From contig JAZRXY010000012.1 of the NCBI GenBank assembly GCA_045600465.1, positions 6,358 to 70,357 on the forward strand: 64,000 bases of DNA, read 5' to 3'. Below are positions 18,704-28,547 of this stretch, in pieces (position 1 is the stretch's first letter; each line of letters starts with the position of its first letter). The notes beneath the pieces were generated by a model. That model made no database searches. It saw only the letters and a list, made by a program, of their open reading frames with translations, and had not been told where the DNA came from. Source of the stretch: Bacilli bacterium. Lineage in GTDB: Bacteria; Bacillota_I; Bacilli_A; RFN20; UBA1709. The translations under genes and the position numbers were made by a program.

Positions 18704-20536
18704 ATGTATGAAGAATTTGATGATGAAAGTGTCAAAACCAAGTTTGATGCTCATCTTTGGAAAAGATTACTTAGAATCGCACTAGATCATAAGAAACAAT
18801 TCTTAATAGGTCTAATCTCCGTTATTATCCTTGAATTAAATGAAACATTATTTATCAAAGTTATTTCTGACTATGGGTTTGGTAAATACATTGAAAATGG
18901 CCTTGATAGTAGTTTCTGGGGCTTATTAGCTATTTTAGCTAGTATGGCATTATTAGAAGGCGTTTTAGTCAAAGTGTTCTGTTTTTGCGCAGCTAGAATT
19001 GAAATGATTATTTACGAAAAGTTAACAGTTGATTGTTTTGATCACATTCAAGAGTTATCTTATTCATTCTTTGATAAATATTCAGTTGGCTGGTTAATTT
19101 CTCGTGTTACTAGTGATACTCAAAAAGTTAGTGAAATCATTTCATGGGGTGTAACTGATTTAGTATCATGTAGTTTTAAAATCATCTTTATCTTGGTATT
19201 TATGTTAACAACAAGTGTCAAACTATCACTTGTTATGTTAATTGTTGTTCCAGTTGCTTTAGTAATTTCTATTCTAGTAAGAAAGAAAGTTATGAAAGCT
19301 GCTAGAGCAGTTAGAAAAGCTAATAGCCATGTTAGTGCAGCTTTAAATGAAGGAATTAGCGCAGCTAAAACATCTAAGTCACTTGTTCTAGAAAGCAAAA
19401 ACTTAAATAGATTTAAAGAGATTGTTAAAGTATTTAGAAGAAGTTCATTAAAATCTTCTGTTATTACTGGTATTTATTATCAAAGTTTATCAATCATCTT
19501 TGGTTGTGGTATTGCAGCAATGGCTTATTTTGGAGGATTAGAAGTCTTTAAAGAGGTTTTACCTTATTCAACATTGTTTATGTTTGTTTCATATTCAACC
19601 ATGGTATTTGACCCAATTTTAGGTATTGCAGCTTCAACAACTGAAATGAAGATGGCGCAAGTATCAGCAGATCGTGTTTTCAAAATTACTGATTTAGAAC
19701 CCGACTTACTCGATAGCAAAGAAGTAATTAATAAATATGGAACAATTAATAATCCTAAAAAGCAAAATTATGAGTCAATTAAAGGTGATATTGAATTTAG
19801 GAATGTTAGTTTTAAATATGAAACCGGTCCAGTTATTCTAAAAGATTTTAACTTAAAGGTTAAAGCTGGCAGTAGTGTAGCTCTAGTTGGTGAAACAGGA
19901 GCTGGTAAATCAACAATTGTTAACTTACTATGTAGATTCTATGAACCAACTAGTGGGGAAATCTTAATCGATGGTGTTGATTACAAAAAGCGTAGCATTG
20001 GTTGGTTACATGAAAACCTAGGTTATGTTATGCAAACTCCATATTTGTTTAGTGGTAGTGTTAAAGAAAACATTAAATATGGTAAGTTAGATGCTAGTGA
20101 TGATGAAGTTGTTAAAGCTGCTAAAGCGGCTAATGCTCATGATTTCATTGGGCTATTAGAAAAAGGCTATGATAGTGATGTTGGAGAAGGTGGAAATAGA
20201 CTTTCTCAAGGACAAAAACAACTCGTTTCCTTTGCTAGAGCAGTTGTTTCTGATCCTAGAATACTAATTCTAGATGAAGCTACATCTAGCATTGATACCC
20301 AAACAGAATATGTTATCCAAGAAGCAATTTCTAAGATCTTAAAAGGTAGAACATCATTCATCATTGCTCATAGACTATCAACTATTACAAGTAGTGATTT
20401 AATTCTTGTTGTTCAAAAAGGAGAAGTCATTGAGCAAGGTAGCCATGAAGAATTAATGAAATTAAAAGGATATTATTATAAACTTTATACAAATCAATTC
20501 GTCGAAGATAGATTAAAAGAAATCAATGTCTTATAG
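18704..20536 (+). CDS. ABC exporter half-transporter (TMD-NBD), the partner of the previous gene
   Basis: Walker A GETGAGKST. Canonical Walker B ILDEATS. Non-canonical signature LSQGQKQ. Forms a heterodimeric pair with the upstream gene. Confidence 0.85.
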   Translation: MYEEFDDESVKTKFDAHLWKRLLRIALDHKKQFLIGLISVIILELNETLFIKVISDYGFGKYIENGLDSSFWGLLAILASMALLEGVLVKVFCFCAARIEMIIYEKLTVDCFDHIQELSYSFFDKYSVGWLISRVTSDTQKVSEIISWGVTDLVSCSFKIIFILVFMLTTSVKLSLVMLIVVPVALVISILVRKKVMKAARAVRKANSHVSAALNEGISAAKTSKSLVLESKNLNRFKEIVKVFRRSSLKSSVITGIYYQSLSIIFGCGIAAMAYFGGLEVFKEVLPYSTLFMFVSYSTMVFDPILGIAASTTEMKMAQVSADRVFKITDLEPDLLDSKEVINKYGTINNPKKQNYESIKGDIEFRNVSFKYETGPVILKDFNLKVKAGSSVALVGETGAGKSTIVNLLCRFYEPTSGEILIDGVDYKKRSIGWLHENLGYVMQTPYLFSGSVKENIKYGKLDASDDEVVKAAKAANAHDFIGLLEKGYDSDVGEGGNRLSQGQKQLVSFARAVVSDPRILILDEATSSIDTQTEYVIQEAISKILKGRTSFIIAHRLSTITSSDLILVVQKGEVIEQGSHEELMKLKGYYYKLYTNQFVEDRLKEINVL

Positions 20537-20546
20537 AGGTGATTTT

Positions 20547-21281
20547 ATGTTGAAAAATCCTGAAGAATATATTAATTATTTGGTTAAATGGACTAAAGAT
20601 TATGTTGAACAAAGCCACGCTAAAGGTGCTATTATTGGTATTTCTGGCGGTATTGATAGTGCATTAGTGCTAGCCATTTTAAAAAAAGCACTTAATGATA
20701 ACGTTTTTGGCCTCATTTTGCCTTGCTATTCAAGCATTGAAGATGTTAATGATGCAATTACTGTCTTAAACACTTTTAACGTTAAATGGGCTAAAATTGA
20801 ACTTAACGATATGTTTGATATTGCTAAGAAAAATCTAGATAACCTTGGTTTAAGTAGTGAAGGAGCTTTAGCTAATACTAAAGTAAGACTTAGAATGACT
20901 ACTTTATATCAAGTAGGCCAAGCTCTAAATTATTTAGTTGCAGGTACTGATAATTTAGATGAACAATATGTTGGTTATTTTACAAAATATGGAGATGGTG
21001 GGGTAGATTTTCTACCTATTGCTCAATTAACTAAAGCGGAAGTAAGAGAGCTTTCTTCAATACTAGGAGTTCCTAGTAACATTGTTAATCGTGTTCCTAG
21101 TGCTGGTTTAAAACCAAACCAAACTGATGAAAGCGATCTACAAGTCACTTATAATGAATTAGATGATTATTTGCTTGGTAAAGAGGTATCAATTGCAGCT
21201 AAAGAAAGAATAGAACATCTACATAAACTGGCTGCTCATAAATTAGTTATGCCACCAAAACCTAATGCCCCTACTAGATAG
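20547..21281 (+). CDS. nadE: NH3-dependent NAD+ synthetase
   Basis: PP-loop SGGIDS. RBS GAGGTGA before ATG 20547. The ORF track starts earlier, at 20526. Confidence 0.8.
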   Translation: MLKNPEEYINYLVKWTKDYVEQSHAKGAIIGISGGIDSALVLAILKKALNDNVFGLILPCYSSIEDVNDAITVLNTFNVKWAKIELNDMFDIAKKNLDNLGLSSEGALANTKVRLRMTTLYQVGQALNYLVAGTDNLDEQYVGYFTKYGDGGVDFLPIAQLTKAEVRELSSILGVPSNIVNRVPSAGLKPNQTDESDLQVTYNELDDYLLGKEVSIAAKERIEHLHKLAAHKLVMPPKPNAPTR

Positions 21282-21322
21282 GCAAATAGTGTGTTATAAT
21301 AGTAAAAAGGAGGGTGAAAAGA

Positions 21323-21898
21323 ATGCTAAATTATATTATTGGTAAAGTTAGTGAAGTCGCTTTAGAAACTATCACTTTTGAAGCAAATGGTATTGGTTAC
21401 TATCTTTTCGTTTCTCATCCTGAAGATTTCCATGTTGAAGATCGTTTGATAAAACTTTATGTTTATCTTCAAGTCAGAGAGGATGAGTTTACTCTTTATG
21501 GTTTCAATTCAAAAGAAGAAAAGAAATTATTCTTACGTTTAATTAATGTTAGTGGTATAGGCCCTAAAACCACCATTAACATGCTATCAAAAACTTCGGT
21601 TGATTCATTAGTTCAAGCTATTGAAACATCAAACATTTCATATCTAAAAAAGTTGCCAGGAATTGGCCCTAAAGCTGCTCAACAAATTGTTCTTGATTTA
21701 AAAGGAAAACTTGTCTTAGATACTAGTCTAACTAATAAAGTTGACAACGCGAATGCTGAATTAATGGATGCAAAAAATGCCCTAAAAGAATTAGGCTTTA
21801 AGGCTAATTTGGTTGATAGTGTATTATCATCCCTTGCTAATGAATCTTTAAGCGCAGATGAATACTTAAAGAAAGCTTTACAATTACTAAAAAAATAG
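21323..21898 (+). CDS. ruvA: Holliday junction helicase subunit RuvA
   Basis: RBS GGAGGGTG before ATG 21323. HhH motifs (GIGPKTA). Confidence 0.88.
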   Translation: MLNYIIGKVSEVALETITFEANGIGYYLFVSHPEDFHVEDRLIKLYVYLQVREDEFTLYGFNSKEEKKLFLRLINVSGIGPKTTINMLSKTSVDSLVQAIETSNISYLKKLPGIGPKAAQQIVLDLKGKLVLDTSLTNKVDNANAELMDAKNALKELGFKANLVDSVLSSLANESLSADEYLKKALQLLKK

Positions 21899-21907
21899 GA
21901 GAAATAT

Positions 21908-22915
21908 ATGGCAAGAATTATTAATAGCGAGATGGAGCAGGAAGAACTTAGTTACGAGGTCTCATTGCGCCCTCAAACATTAAGTGAATATATCGGTCAA
22001 AGCAAGATGAAATCAAATCTTGACGTTTTTATCAAAGCTGCTAAAAAACGTAATGAAGCACTTGATCATGTCTTATTATATGGCTCACCTGGATTAGGAA
22101 AGACAACACTTGCTCATGTTATTGCAAATGAAATGGGTGGCAAGATTATTATTGTAAGTGGCCCAAGCCTAGAAAAAACCGGGGATTTAGCAGCTATTTT
22201 ATCTACAATCAATGCGGGAGATGTCTTATTTATCGATGAAATCCACCGTATTCCTAGAGTAGTAGAAGAAGTTTTATATTCCGCAATGGAAGATTATAAA
22301 ATAAGTGTAGTAATTGGTAAGGAAACTGGTGCTAGATCAATTACGCTAGATTTACCTCCATTTACCCTTATTGGAGCAACTACTAGAAGTGGTGATTTAT
22401 CAAGCCCATTAAGAGATAGATTTGGTATCACTTTAAAACTAGAATATTATAGTGATGAAGAGATAACGCAAATCATTAAAAGAACTTCAAAAGTCTTTAA
22501 AGTTAAAATAAGTGATGAAGCTGCTTATCAAGTCATGTTAAGAAGCCGAAAAACACCCAGAGTTGCCAATAGATTATTTAGAAGAATACGTGATTTTGCA
22601 ACCCTAGAAAATAATGGAGAAATTACTAGTGAAATCGCTATTAATGCATTAAATGCATTACAAGTCGATGAATTAGGTCTAGATGATATTGATATTAAGT
22701 ATCTAAAAGGTATCATTACTAGATTTAAAGGAGGTCCTGTAGGACTAGAAGCTTTAGCGGCGGCTATTGGGGAAGAAGTTATGACGCTTGAAGACGTTTG
22801 TGAACCTTATTTATTACAAATAGGTTTAATCAATCGAACTCCAAGAGGAAGAGTGGCGTTAGAAAATGCTTATAAACACCTAAAACTTCCGTATCAATCA
22901 AATTTATTTGATTAA
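21908..22915 (+). CDS. ruvB: Holliday junction helicase RuvB
   Basis: Walker [10 protein letters not shown]. Sensor/arginine finger motifs. Length 335 aa. Confidence 0.93.
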   Translation: MARIINSEMEQEELSYEVSLRPQTLSEYIGQSKMKSNLDVFIKAAKKRNEALDHVLLYGSPGLGKTTLAHVIANEMGGKIIIVSGPSLEKTGDLAAILSTINAGDVLFIDEIHRIPRVVEEVLYSAMEDYKISVVIGKETGARSITLDLPPFTLIGATTRSGDLSSPLRDRFGITLKLEYYSDEEITQIIKRTSKVFKVKISDEAAYQVMLRSRKTPRVANRLFRRIRDFATLENNGEITSEIAINALNALQVDELGLDDIDIKYLKGIITRFKGGPVGLEALAAAIGEEVMTLEDVCEPYLLQIGLINRTPRGRVALENAYKHLKLPYQSNLFD

Positions 22916-22922
22916 GTAAAAT

Positions 22923-22946
22923 AAAAGGCACTTCGGTGCTTTTTTC
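22923..22946 (+). terminator. Rho-independent terminator of ruvAB
   Basis: AAAAGGCAC-ttcg-GTGCTTTTTT. Confidence 0.7.
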
Positions 22947-23081
22947 ATGAATTATATTCATGGTTAGTAAAATTTTATAGACAATTGCGTCTTAACATGT
23001 TAAAGTAATATAGCAACATAAATGTTGAGGTCTTTTTTTGTAGTGAAAAAATACCTAAAATCAGTAAAGGAGAGATTATCA

Positions 23082-25562
23082 ATGCGTAGATTATTTGCTT
23101 TTATAGTATTAGCTATCTCTATTCTTGCATTTTCTATTGCAAACATCCCTTCAATAACCGATAACATGAACCAAGGTATTGAATTCAAAGGTGGATTCGA
23201 AATCTTGTATCAAGTTAAAGATGTTGATGGGGAAGAATTTAGTGCAAATGAAAAAGCTAATGCTACTGAGGCCGCTGCGGAAGTGGTTTCAAGTCGTATA
23301 GACATCGCGGGTGTTAAAAACCCATTAATTGCTATTGAGGGTGATGATTATATTCGAGTCACAATTGCTAGTAAGAATGAAAACGAAACTAGTGATGTTC
23401 GTGATCTTATCACTTCAAATGCAGAAATTACATTCAGAGATGTCAATGACAAGTTATTAGCAACTGCTTCTGATTTATTGTTAGAGAATGGTGCAACACT
23501 AGACTATAACGAAGGAAGCCCAGTCGTCGCATTGAAAATTCGTGATACTGATTTATGGGGTAAAATAACTGAGGATATTTCTACTAGAACCAATACTTCT
23601 GATCGCCGAATCGTTATTTGGCTTGGTTTTGAGGAAGAATACAAAGAGGAAAATGATTATGGCTTTGAAGGGGATAGCTACAGTCAAGTTAATCAAAACC
23701 CTGAAGCTGCCAATAAAATCATTTCCGATGCTAGTGTAAACCAAGCATTCTATAGTGATGTTGTTATCACTGGCTCATTTACAGATGAACTTGCTGCTAA
23801 GATGGCTAACTTAATTAAAGCTGGTACTATTGATTTCCAACTAGAAGAAATCAGCGTTTCTTCTATCGGTGCTACTTATGGTAGTGAAGCATTTAATTCT
23901 TCATTAGTCGCTGGTTTAATTGGTATTATTGCTGTTTCTATCTTAATGATTGGTGTATATGGACTAGCTGGACTTGCTAGTGCTATTGCTTTAATTCTTT
24001 ATATTGTAGTAACACTTTGGGGCTTTAATTTACTTGAAGGTGAATATGGCCCTGATACAATCGCTGCAACTGTTATTGCTATTGGTATGGCTGTTGATGC
24101 TAACATCATTTCGTTTGAAAGAATTAAAGAGGAACTTTACAAAGGAAAATCGTTAAGAAAAGCCTTTAGTGAAGGTAATACTAAGTCTTTATCATCAATC
24201 ATCGATGCTAACGCAACAACACTAATTGCTGCAATATCATTGTATCTATTTGGTACTAGAACAGTTAAAGGCTTTGCAACAATGCTAGTCTTATCAATCG
24301 TATTTACCGTTATTATCATGGTTTTCTTTGCAAGAGCAATCGTTTCACTTCTAATGCAATCAAAATTCTTTAAGGGTAAGGAAAACTGGTTTGGCGTCAA
24401 AAAAGAAGATTTACCAGATCTAGATAAAGGCGAAACTAGAAAACAATTTGGACCATTTGCTAAGATTCCATTTATGAAATTTGCGCCAAAGATTTCAATT
24501 GCAAACGGGGGAATTATTGTAGTTGGTTTAATTTTCATCTTAATTTTCTCATTGGCAACAGGAAAGGGATTAAACTTAGGTATTCAATTCAGTGAAGGTA
24601 CAAAACTTTACTTTAAAACAGCAGACCCTGCTTATTCTAGTGTTGAAAAAGTTGAAGAAATATTCCAAAATGAATTTAATGTTAACGCTGATCAAATCGT
24701 CATTGGTAACGATGAAATCGAAGTTAGCGATGCTATGTTAAGTATTTATAGCAATAAACTAGATGAAATCGGCGCAAGTGTTGATGGTGAATCTTTAAAA
24801 GTATACACTGTTTCTGTTAACTTCAAGTCACAACTTGATAACGAAACAATGGATGAAATTAACGATTACTTCATGCTTGATAAAGAAGAATATGCTGACT
24901 TATATAACAATGGATTTACACTAAACTTTGTTTCTCCTATTGTTGCAGCAGCTACTGTTAAAAATGCAATGTATTCGTTAGCGATGGCATGTATATTTAT
25001 CATTATTTATGTTGCTTGGAGATTTAAATGGACTTATTCATTGGCATCTATTATTGCACTAGTTCACGATTCTTTGATGATGGTTGCAATATTTGCAATA
25101 TTTAGAATAGAAGTAAACATCGAATTTGTTAGTGCTGTATTAGCAATCATAGGTTATTCTATCAACGATACTATCGTCTTATTCGATAGAGTAAGAGAAA
25201 ACATCAATGAGATGGATAAAAAGCAAATTACACATGAAGATCGTAAACAAATTGTTAACTCATCACTTCAATCAACAACAATGCGTGCTATTATGACTAC
25301 TGTATCTACATTACTACCTGTTATTGCTTTATTAATATTTGGTAGCAATTCATCAGTCAACTTTAACATTGCAATGTTAGTTGGCTTAGTCTTTGGTACA
25401 CTTTCTTCAGTCTTTATCGCTCCATTTATGTGGTTAAGATTAGAAATATTACATGATAAGATTTCCGCTAAGATTAAAACTAAAAAAGCTAATAAAGTAG
25501 AGGTCATTTCAAATGAGCCAGAAGAATATGTCTTCTATGGTATTAATGACTTTAAAAAGTAA
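23082..25562 (+). CDS. secDF: Fused protein-export membrane protein SecDF
   Basis: RBS AAAGGAGAG before ATG 23082 (MRRLFAF...). Two 6-TM bundles with periplasmic-type domains. The ORF-track start at 23022 is leader sequence. Confidence 0.88.
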   Translation: MRRLFAFIVLAISILAFSIANIPSITDNMNQGIEFKGGFEILYQVKDVDGEEFSANEKANATEAAAEVVSSRIDIAGVKNPLIAIEGDDYIRVTIASKNENETSDVRDLITSNAEITFRDVNDKLLATASDLLLENGATLDYNEGSPVVALKIRDTDLWGKITEDISTRTNTSDRRIVIWLGFEEEYKEENDYGFEGDSYSQVNQNPEAANKIISDASVNQAFYSDVVITGSFTDELAAKMANLIKAGTIDFQLEEISVSSIGATYGSEAFNSSLVAGLIGIIAVSILMIGVYGLAGLASAIALILYIVVTLWGFNLLEGEYGPDTIAATVIAIGMAVDANIISFERIKEELYKGKSLRKAFSEGNTKSLSSIIDANATTLIAAISLYLFGTRTVKGFATMLVLSIVFTVIIMVFFARAIVSLLMQSKFFKGKENWFGVKKEDLPDLDKGETRKQFGPFAKIPFMKFAPKISIANGGIIVVGLIFILIFSLATGKGLNLGIQFSEGTKLYFKTADPAYSSVEKVEEIFQNEFNVNADQIVIGNDEIEVSDAMLSIYSNKLDEIGASVDGESLKVYTVSVNFKSQLDNETMDEINDYFMLDKEEYADLYNNGFTLNFVSPIVAAATVKNAMYSLAMACIFIIIYVAWRFKWTYSLASIIALVHDSLMMVAIFAIFRIEVNIEFVSAVLAIIGYSINDTIVLFDRVRENINEMDKKQITHEDRKQIVNSSLQSTTMRAIMTTVSTLLPVIALLIFGSNSSVNFNIAMLVGLVFGTLSSVFIAPFMWLRLEILHDKISAKIKTKKANKVEVISNEPEEYVFYGINDFKK

Positions 25563-25579
25563 TCAAAATTTAAACTAAG

Positions 25580-25608
25580 AGGAAGTACAAGTTACTTCCT
25601 TTTTGTTG
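25580..25608 (+). terminator. Rho-independent terminator of secDF
   Basis: AGGAAGTA-caag-TTACTTCCT followed by TTTT. Confidence 0.65.
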
Positions 25609-25749
25609 CTTTTTACTAAATTTGATATTTTTTTATGTTTTTAATAAAAAAACATAGTGTTTTTGATAAAAAATAGTAAACAAATATAAATATTTGTTTT
25701 ATAATTATACCGTGAACAAGATTAATTCTTGTCTAAAGGAGAGAAGTTT

Positions 25750-26265
25750 ATGGATTTAAAAAAATATGTTGCAGATGTTCCAAATTTTCCAAAAGAAGGA
25801 ATCTTATTTAGAGACATTACACCATTAATGCAAGACGGAGAAGCATTTAAGTATGCTTGTGATCAACTAATTGGTTTTGCTAAAGCTAAAGACGTTGATG
25901 TTATTGTTGGGCCTGAATCAAGAGGGTTTATTTTTGGTTGCCCAATTGCTCATGATTTAAAAATTGGCTTTGTGCCTATTAGAAAACCTAAAAAATTACC
26001 TAGAGAAACAATTAGTGTTGAATACGATCTAGAATATGGTAGCAACACATTATGTATGCATAAAGATGCTATTAAGCCTGGGCAAAAAGTTCTAATTATT
26101 GATGACTTGCTTGCAACAGGAGGAACTGTTGAAGCTGGTATTAAACTTGTCGAAGCTGAAGGCGGAGAAGTTGTTGGCTGTGCATTCCTTGTTGAATTAC
26201 TTGATTTAAAAGGAAGAGACAGAATTAGACGTGACATTGATGTTTTAACATTAATGAAATATTAA
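25750..26265 (+). CDS. apt: Adenine phosphoribosyltransferase
   Basis: RBS AAAGGAGAG. PRPP-binding motif [13 protein letters not shown]. About 171 aa. Confidence 0.9.
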   Translation: MDLKKYVADVPNFPKEGILFRDITPLMQDGEAFKYACDQLIGFAKAKDVDVIVGPESRGFIFGCPIAHDLKIGFVPIRKPKKLPRETISVEYDLEYGSNTLCMHKDAIKPGQKVLIIDDLLATGGTVEAGIKLVEAEGGEVVGCAFLVELLDLKGRDRIRRDIDVLTLMKY

Positions 26266-26297
26266 TCCATTAAAAATATAAATAAGGAGGGGACATT

Positions 26298-28535
26298 ATG
26301 AGAGTTACAGATAAGAATATTAAAATTGTCGATTTCGATGATGTCCTTTCCTTATGTTCAAATTACATTAAAAATGATGACTCTATCAAACTAATTACCA
26401 AAGCTTATGATTTTGCTAATAAATGCCACGCAGGGCAATTTAGGAAGAGTGGGGAGCCTTATATCAATCATCTTCTTTGGGTTGCTTATTTTTTAGCCCA
26501 ACTTCAAGTAGGGCCTACTACTATTGCCGCAGGGTTATTGCATGATAGCGTTGAAGATTGTGGTATTAGCAACACTCAAATAGCAAGTGAATTTAGTCCA
26601 GATATTGCAATGCTAGTTGAAGCGGTTACTAAAGTCACGCAATTAAGTGAAATGACTCAAGAAGAATTCTACGCAGAAAACCATCGTAAAATCTTTATCG
26701 CGATGGCTAAAGATATACGTGTAATTCTTGTTAAGTTAGCAGATAGATTACATAATATGCGTACTTTACAAGCTCAACCTGAAGAAAAACGAGTTCGAAT
26801 TGCTAGAGAGACATTAGAAGTTTATGCTCCTATCGCTCATAGATTAGGTATTAACACTATTAAAAGTGAACTAGAAGACTTAGGCTTAAAATATCTAGAA
26901 CCTGATAAGTACAAAGCTATTTCTTCAATGCTAAGTCAAAAAGAAACTGAAAGAAAAGCTCTTTTGGAAACTATGGAAGAAAAAATAAAAAGTTTATTAG
27001 CGGAGCATAAGATTCCATATAGAATGTCAGGTAGAGTAAAAAATATCTATTCTATTTATAAGAAGGTTTTCATTAAGAATAGAGACTTTAATGAAATATA
27101 CGATTTACAAGCTTTAAGAATCATTACTGACAGCGAAACTCATTGCTATGAAATTTTAGGTTATATTCATGCAATGTATAGACCAATACCTGGAAGATTC
27201 AAAGATTATATTGCAATGCCAAAACCTAATATGTATCAATCACTTCATACCACAATTATCAGTGATGATGGTGGTATATTTGAGATTCAAATTAGAACTG
27301 AACAAATGGATCAAATCGCAGAAAGTGGTATTGCAGCTCACTGGCGTTATAAAGAAGATATTGTTTACGATCAAAAACAAGTTCAAAAAGAAATCGAGGA
27401 GAAACTTGCTTGGTTTAGAGAGTTAGTTACTTATTCAAGCGATGCTGATGAAAACGCACAAGAATACATGGAATCACTAACCAAAGATATCTTTGATGCT
27501 AATGTTTACGTTTTAACTCCTAAAGGTAGAGTTCTTGATTTACCAAATGGTTCAACTCCTGTTGATTTTGCTTATAAAATCCATACACAAGTTGGTAACT
27601 CAACAATTGGAGCTACTGTTAATGGTGTTTTAGTGCCGTTAGATACTCCTTTAAAAACTGGGGATATTGTCGATATTAAAACTTCAAAAACTAATGCCTA
27701 TCCAAAAGAAGACTGGTTAAAGTTTGTTAAAACAACAGCAGCTAGAAATGCAATTAAAAAAGCTATCATTAAGCACTTAAGTGAAATTAACCACGATGAG
27801 ATGATTGATGATGCTAAACGTATGATAGAAGAAACTTCTAGAGATTTAAATCTCGATGTTAAAGAAGTAATTAAAAAATTAGAAAACAGCCAATTTCTTC
27901 ATGATCATAATGCAGATAGCTATGAACAATTCCTAATTGCTATTTATTCAAAATCATTGAATATCAGAAATATTATTGAAGGATTTAAGCAAGAAGAAAT
28001 AAGAAAAGCTAAGAAAGAAAAAGAACAAGAGTTAATTCTTGCTAGAAAAGCCAAAAGAAAGAAGGAAATAAGCTCATCACACGGTGTTATTGTGCCTGGT
28101 GGTGAAACTGTTGCCGTTAGTTTTTCTCAATGCTGTAGCCCAATTCCAGGTGATGAGATAGTGGGCTACATCTCTAAAGGACAAGGAATTAAGATTCACC
28201 GTAAAGATTGTCCTAATATCGCTAATGAAAATGCTAGACTTATTGATTTATCATGGGATTATGATTACATAAAACAAAACGAACAAAATTATTATGTTGA
28301 TATTCAAGTTTCAGCAAAAGATAGACCTTTAATCTTAGTTGATGTTATGAATCAACTAAGCTCATTAAAGATAAACGTCTCATACGTTAATGCCTCAAAA
28401 CATGGTAATTCACCAATTGGTGTTATTAGTTTATGCATTAGCGTTAAAGATGCTATTCAATTAAACGACGTTATAAACTCGATTAAAACTAATGTAAAAG
28501 ATGTTTATGATGTATTCCGTTACACTAAAAACTAA
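26298..28535 (+). CDS. relA: Bifunctional (p)ppGpp synthetase/hydrolase Rel
   Basis: HD domain (HLLWVA...HD), synthetase domain, TGS and ACT domains. Length 745 aa. RBS AAGGAGGGG. Confidence 0.9.
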   Translation: MRVTDKNIKIVDFDDVLSLCSNYIKNDDSIKLITKAYDFANKCHAGQFRKSGEPYINHLLWVAYFLAQLQVGPTTIAAGLLHDSVEDCGISNTQIASEFSPDIAMLVEAVTKVTQLSEMTQEEFYAENHRKIFIAMAKDIRVILVKLADRLHNMRTLQAQPEEKRVRIARETLEVYAPIAHRLGINTIKSELEDLGLKYLEPDKYKAISSMLSQKETERKALLETMEEKIKSLLAEHKIPYRMSGRVKNIYSIYKKVFIKNRDFNEIYDLQALRIITDSETHCYEILGYIHAMYRPIPGRFKDYIAMPKPNMYQSLHTTIISDDGGIFEIQIRTEQMDQIAESGIAAHWRYKEDIVYDQKQVQKEIEEKLAWFRELVTYSSDADENAQEYMESLTKDIFDANVYVLTPKGRVLDLPNGSTPVDFAYKIHTQVGNSTIGATVNGVLVPLDTPLKTGDIVDIKTSKTNAYPKEDWLKFVKTTAARNAIKKAIIKHLSEINHDEMIDDAKRMIEETSRDLNLDVKEVIKKLENSQFLHDHNADSYEQFLIAIYSKSLNIRNIIEGFKQEEIRKAKKEKEQELILARKAKRKKEISSSHGVIVPGGETVAVSFSQCCSPIPGDEIVGYISKGQGIKIHRKDCPNIANENARLIDLSWDYDYIKQNEQNYYVDIQVSAKDRPLILVDVMNQLSSLKINVSYVNASKHGNSPIGVISLCISVKDAIQLNDVINSIKTNVKDVYDVFRYTKN

Positions 28536-28547
28536 GGAGGGAATAAG

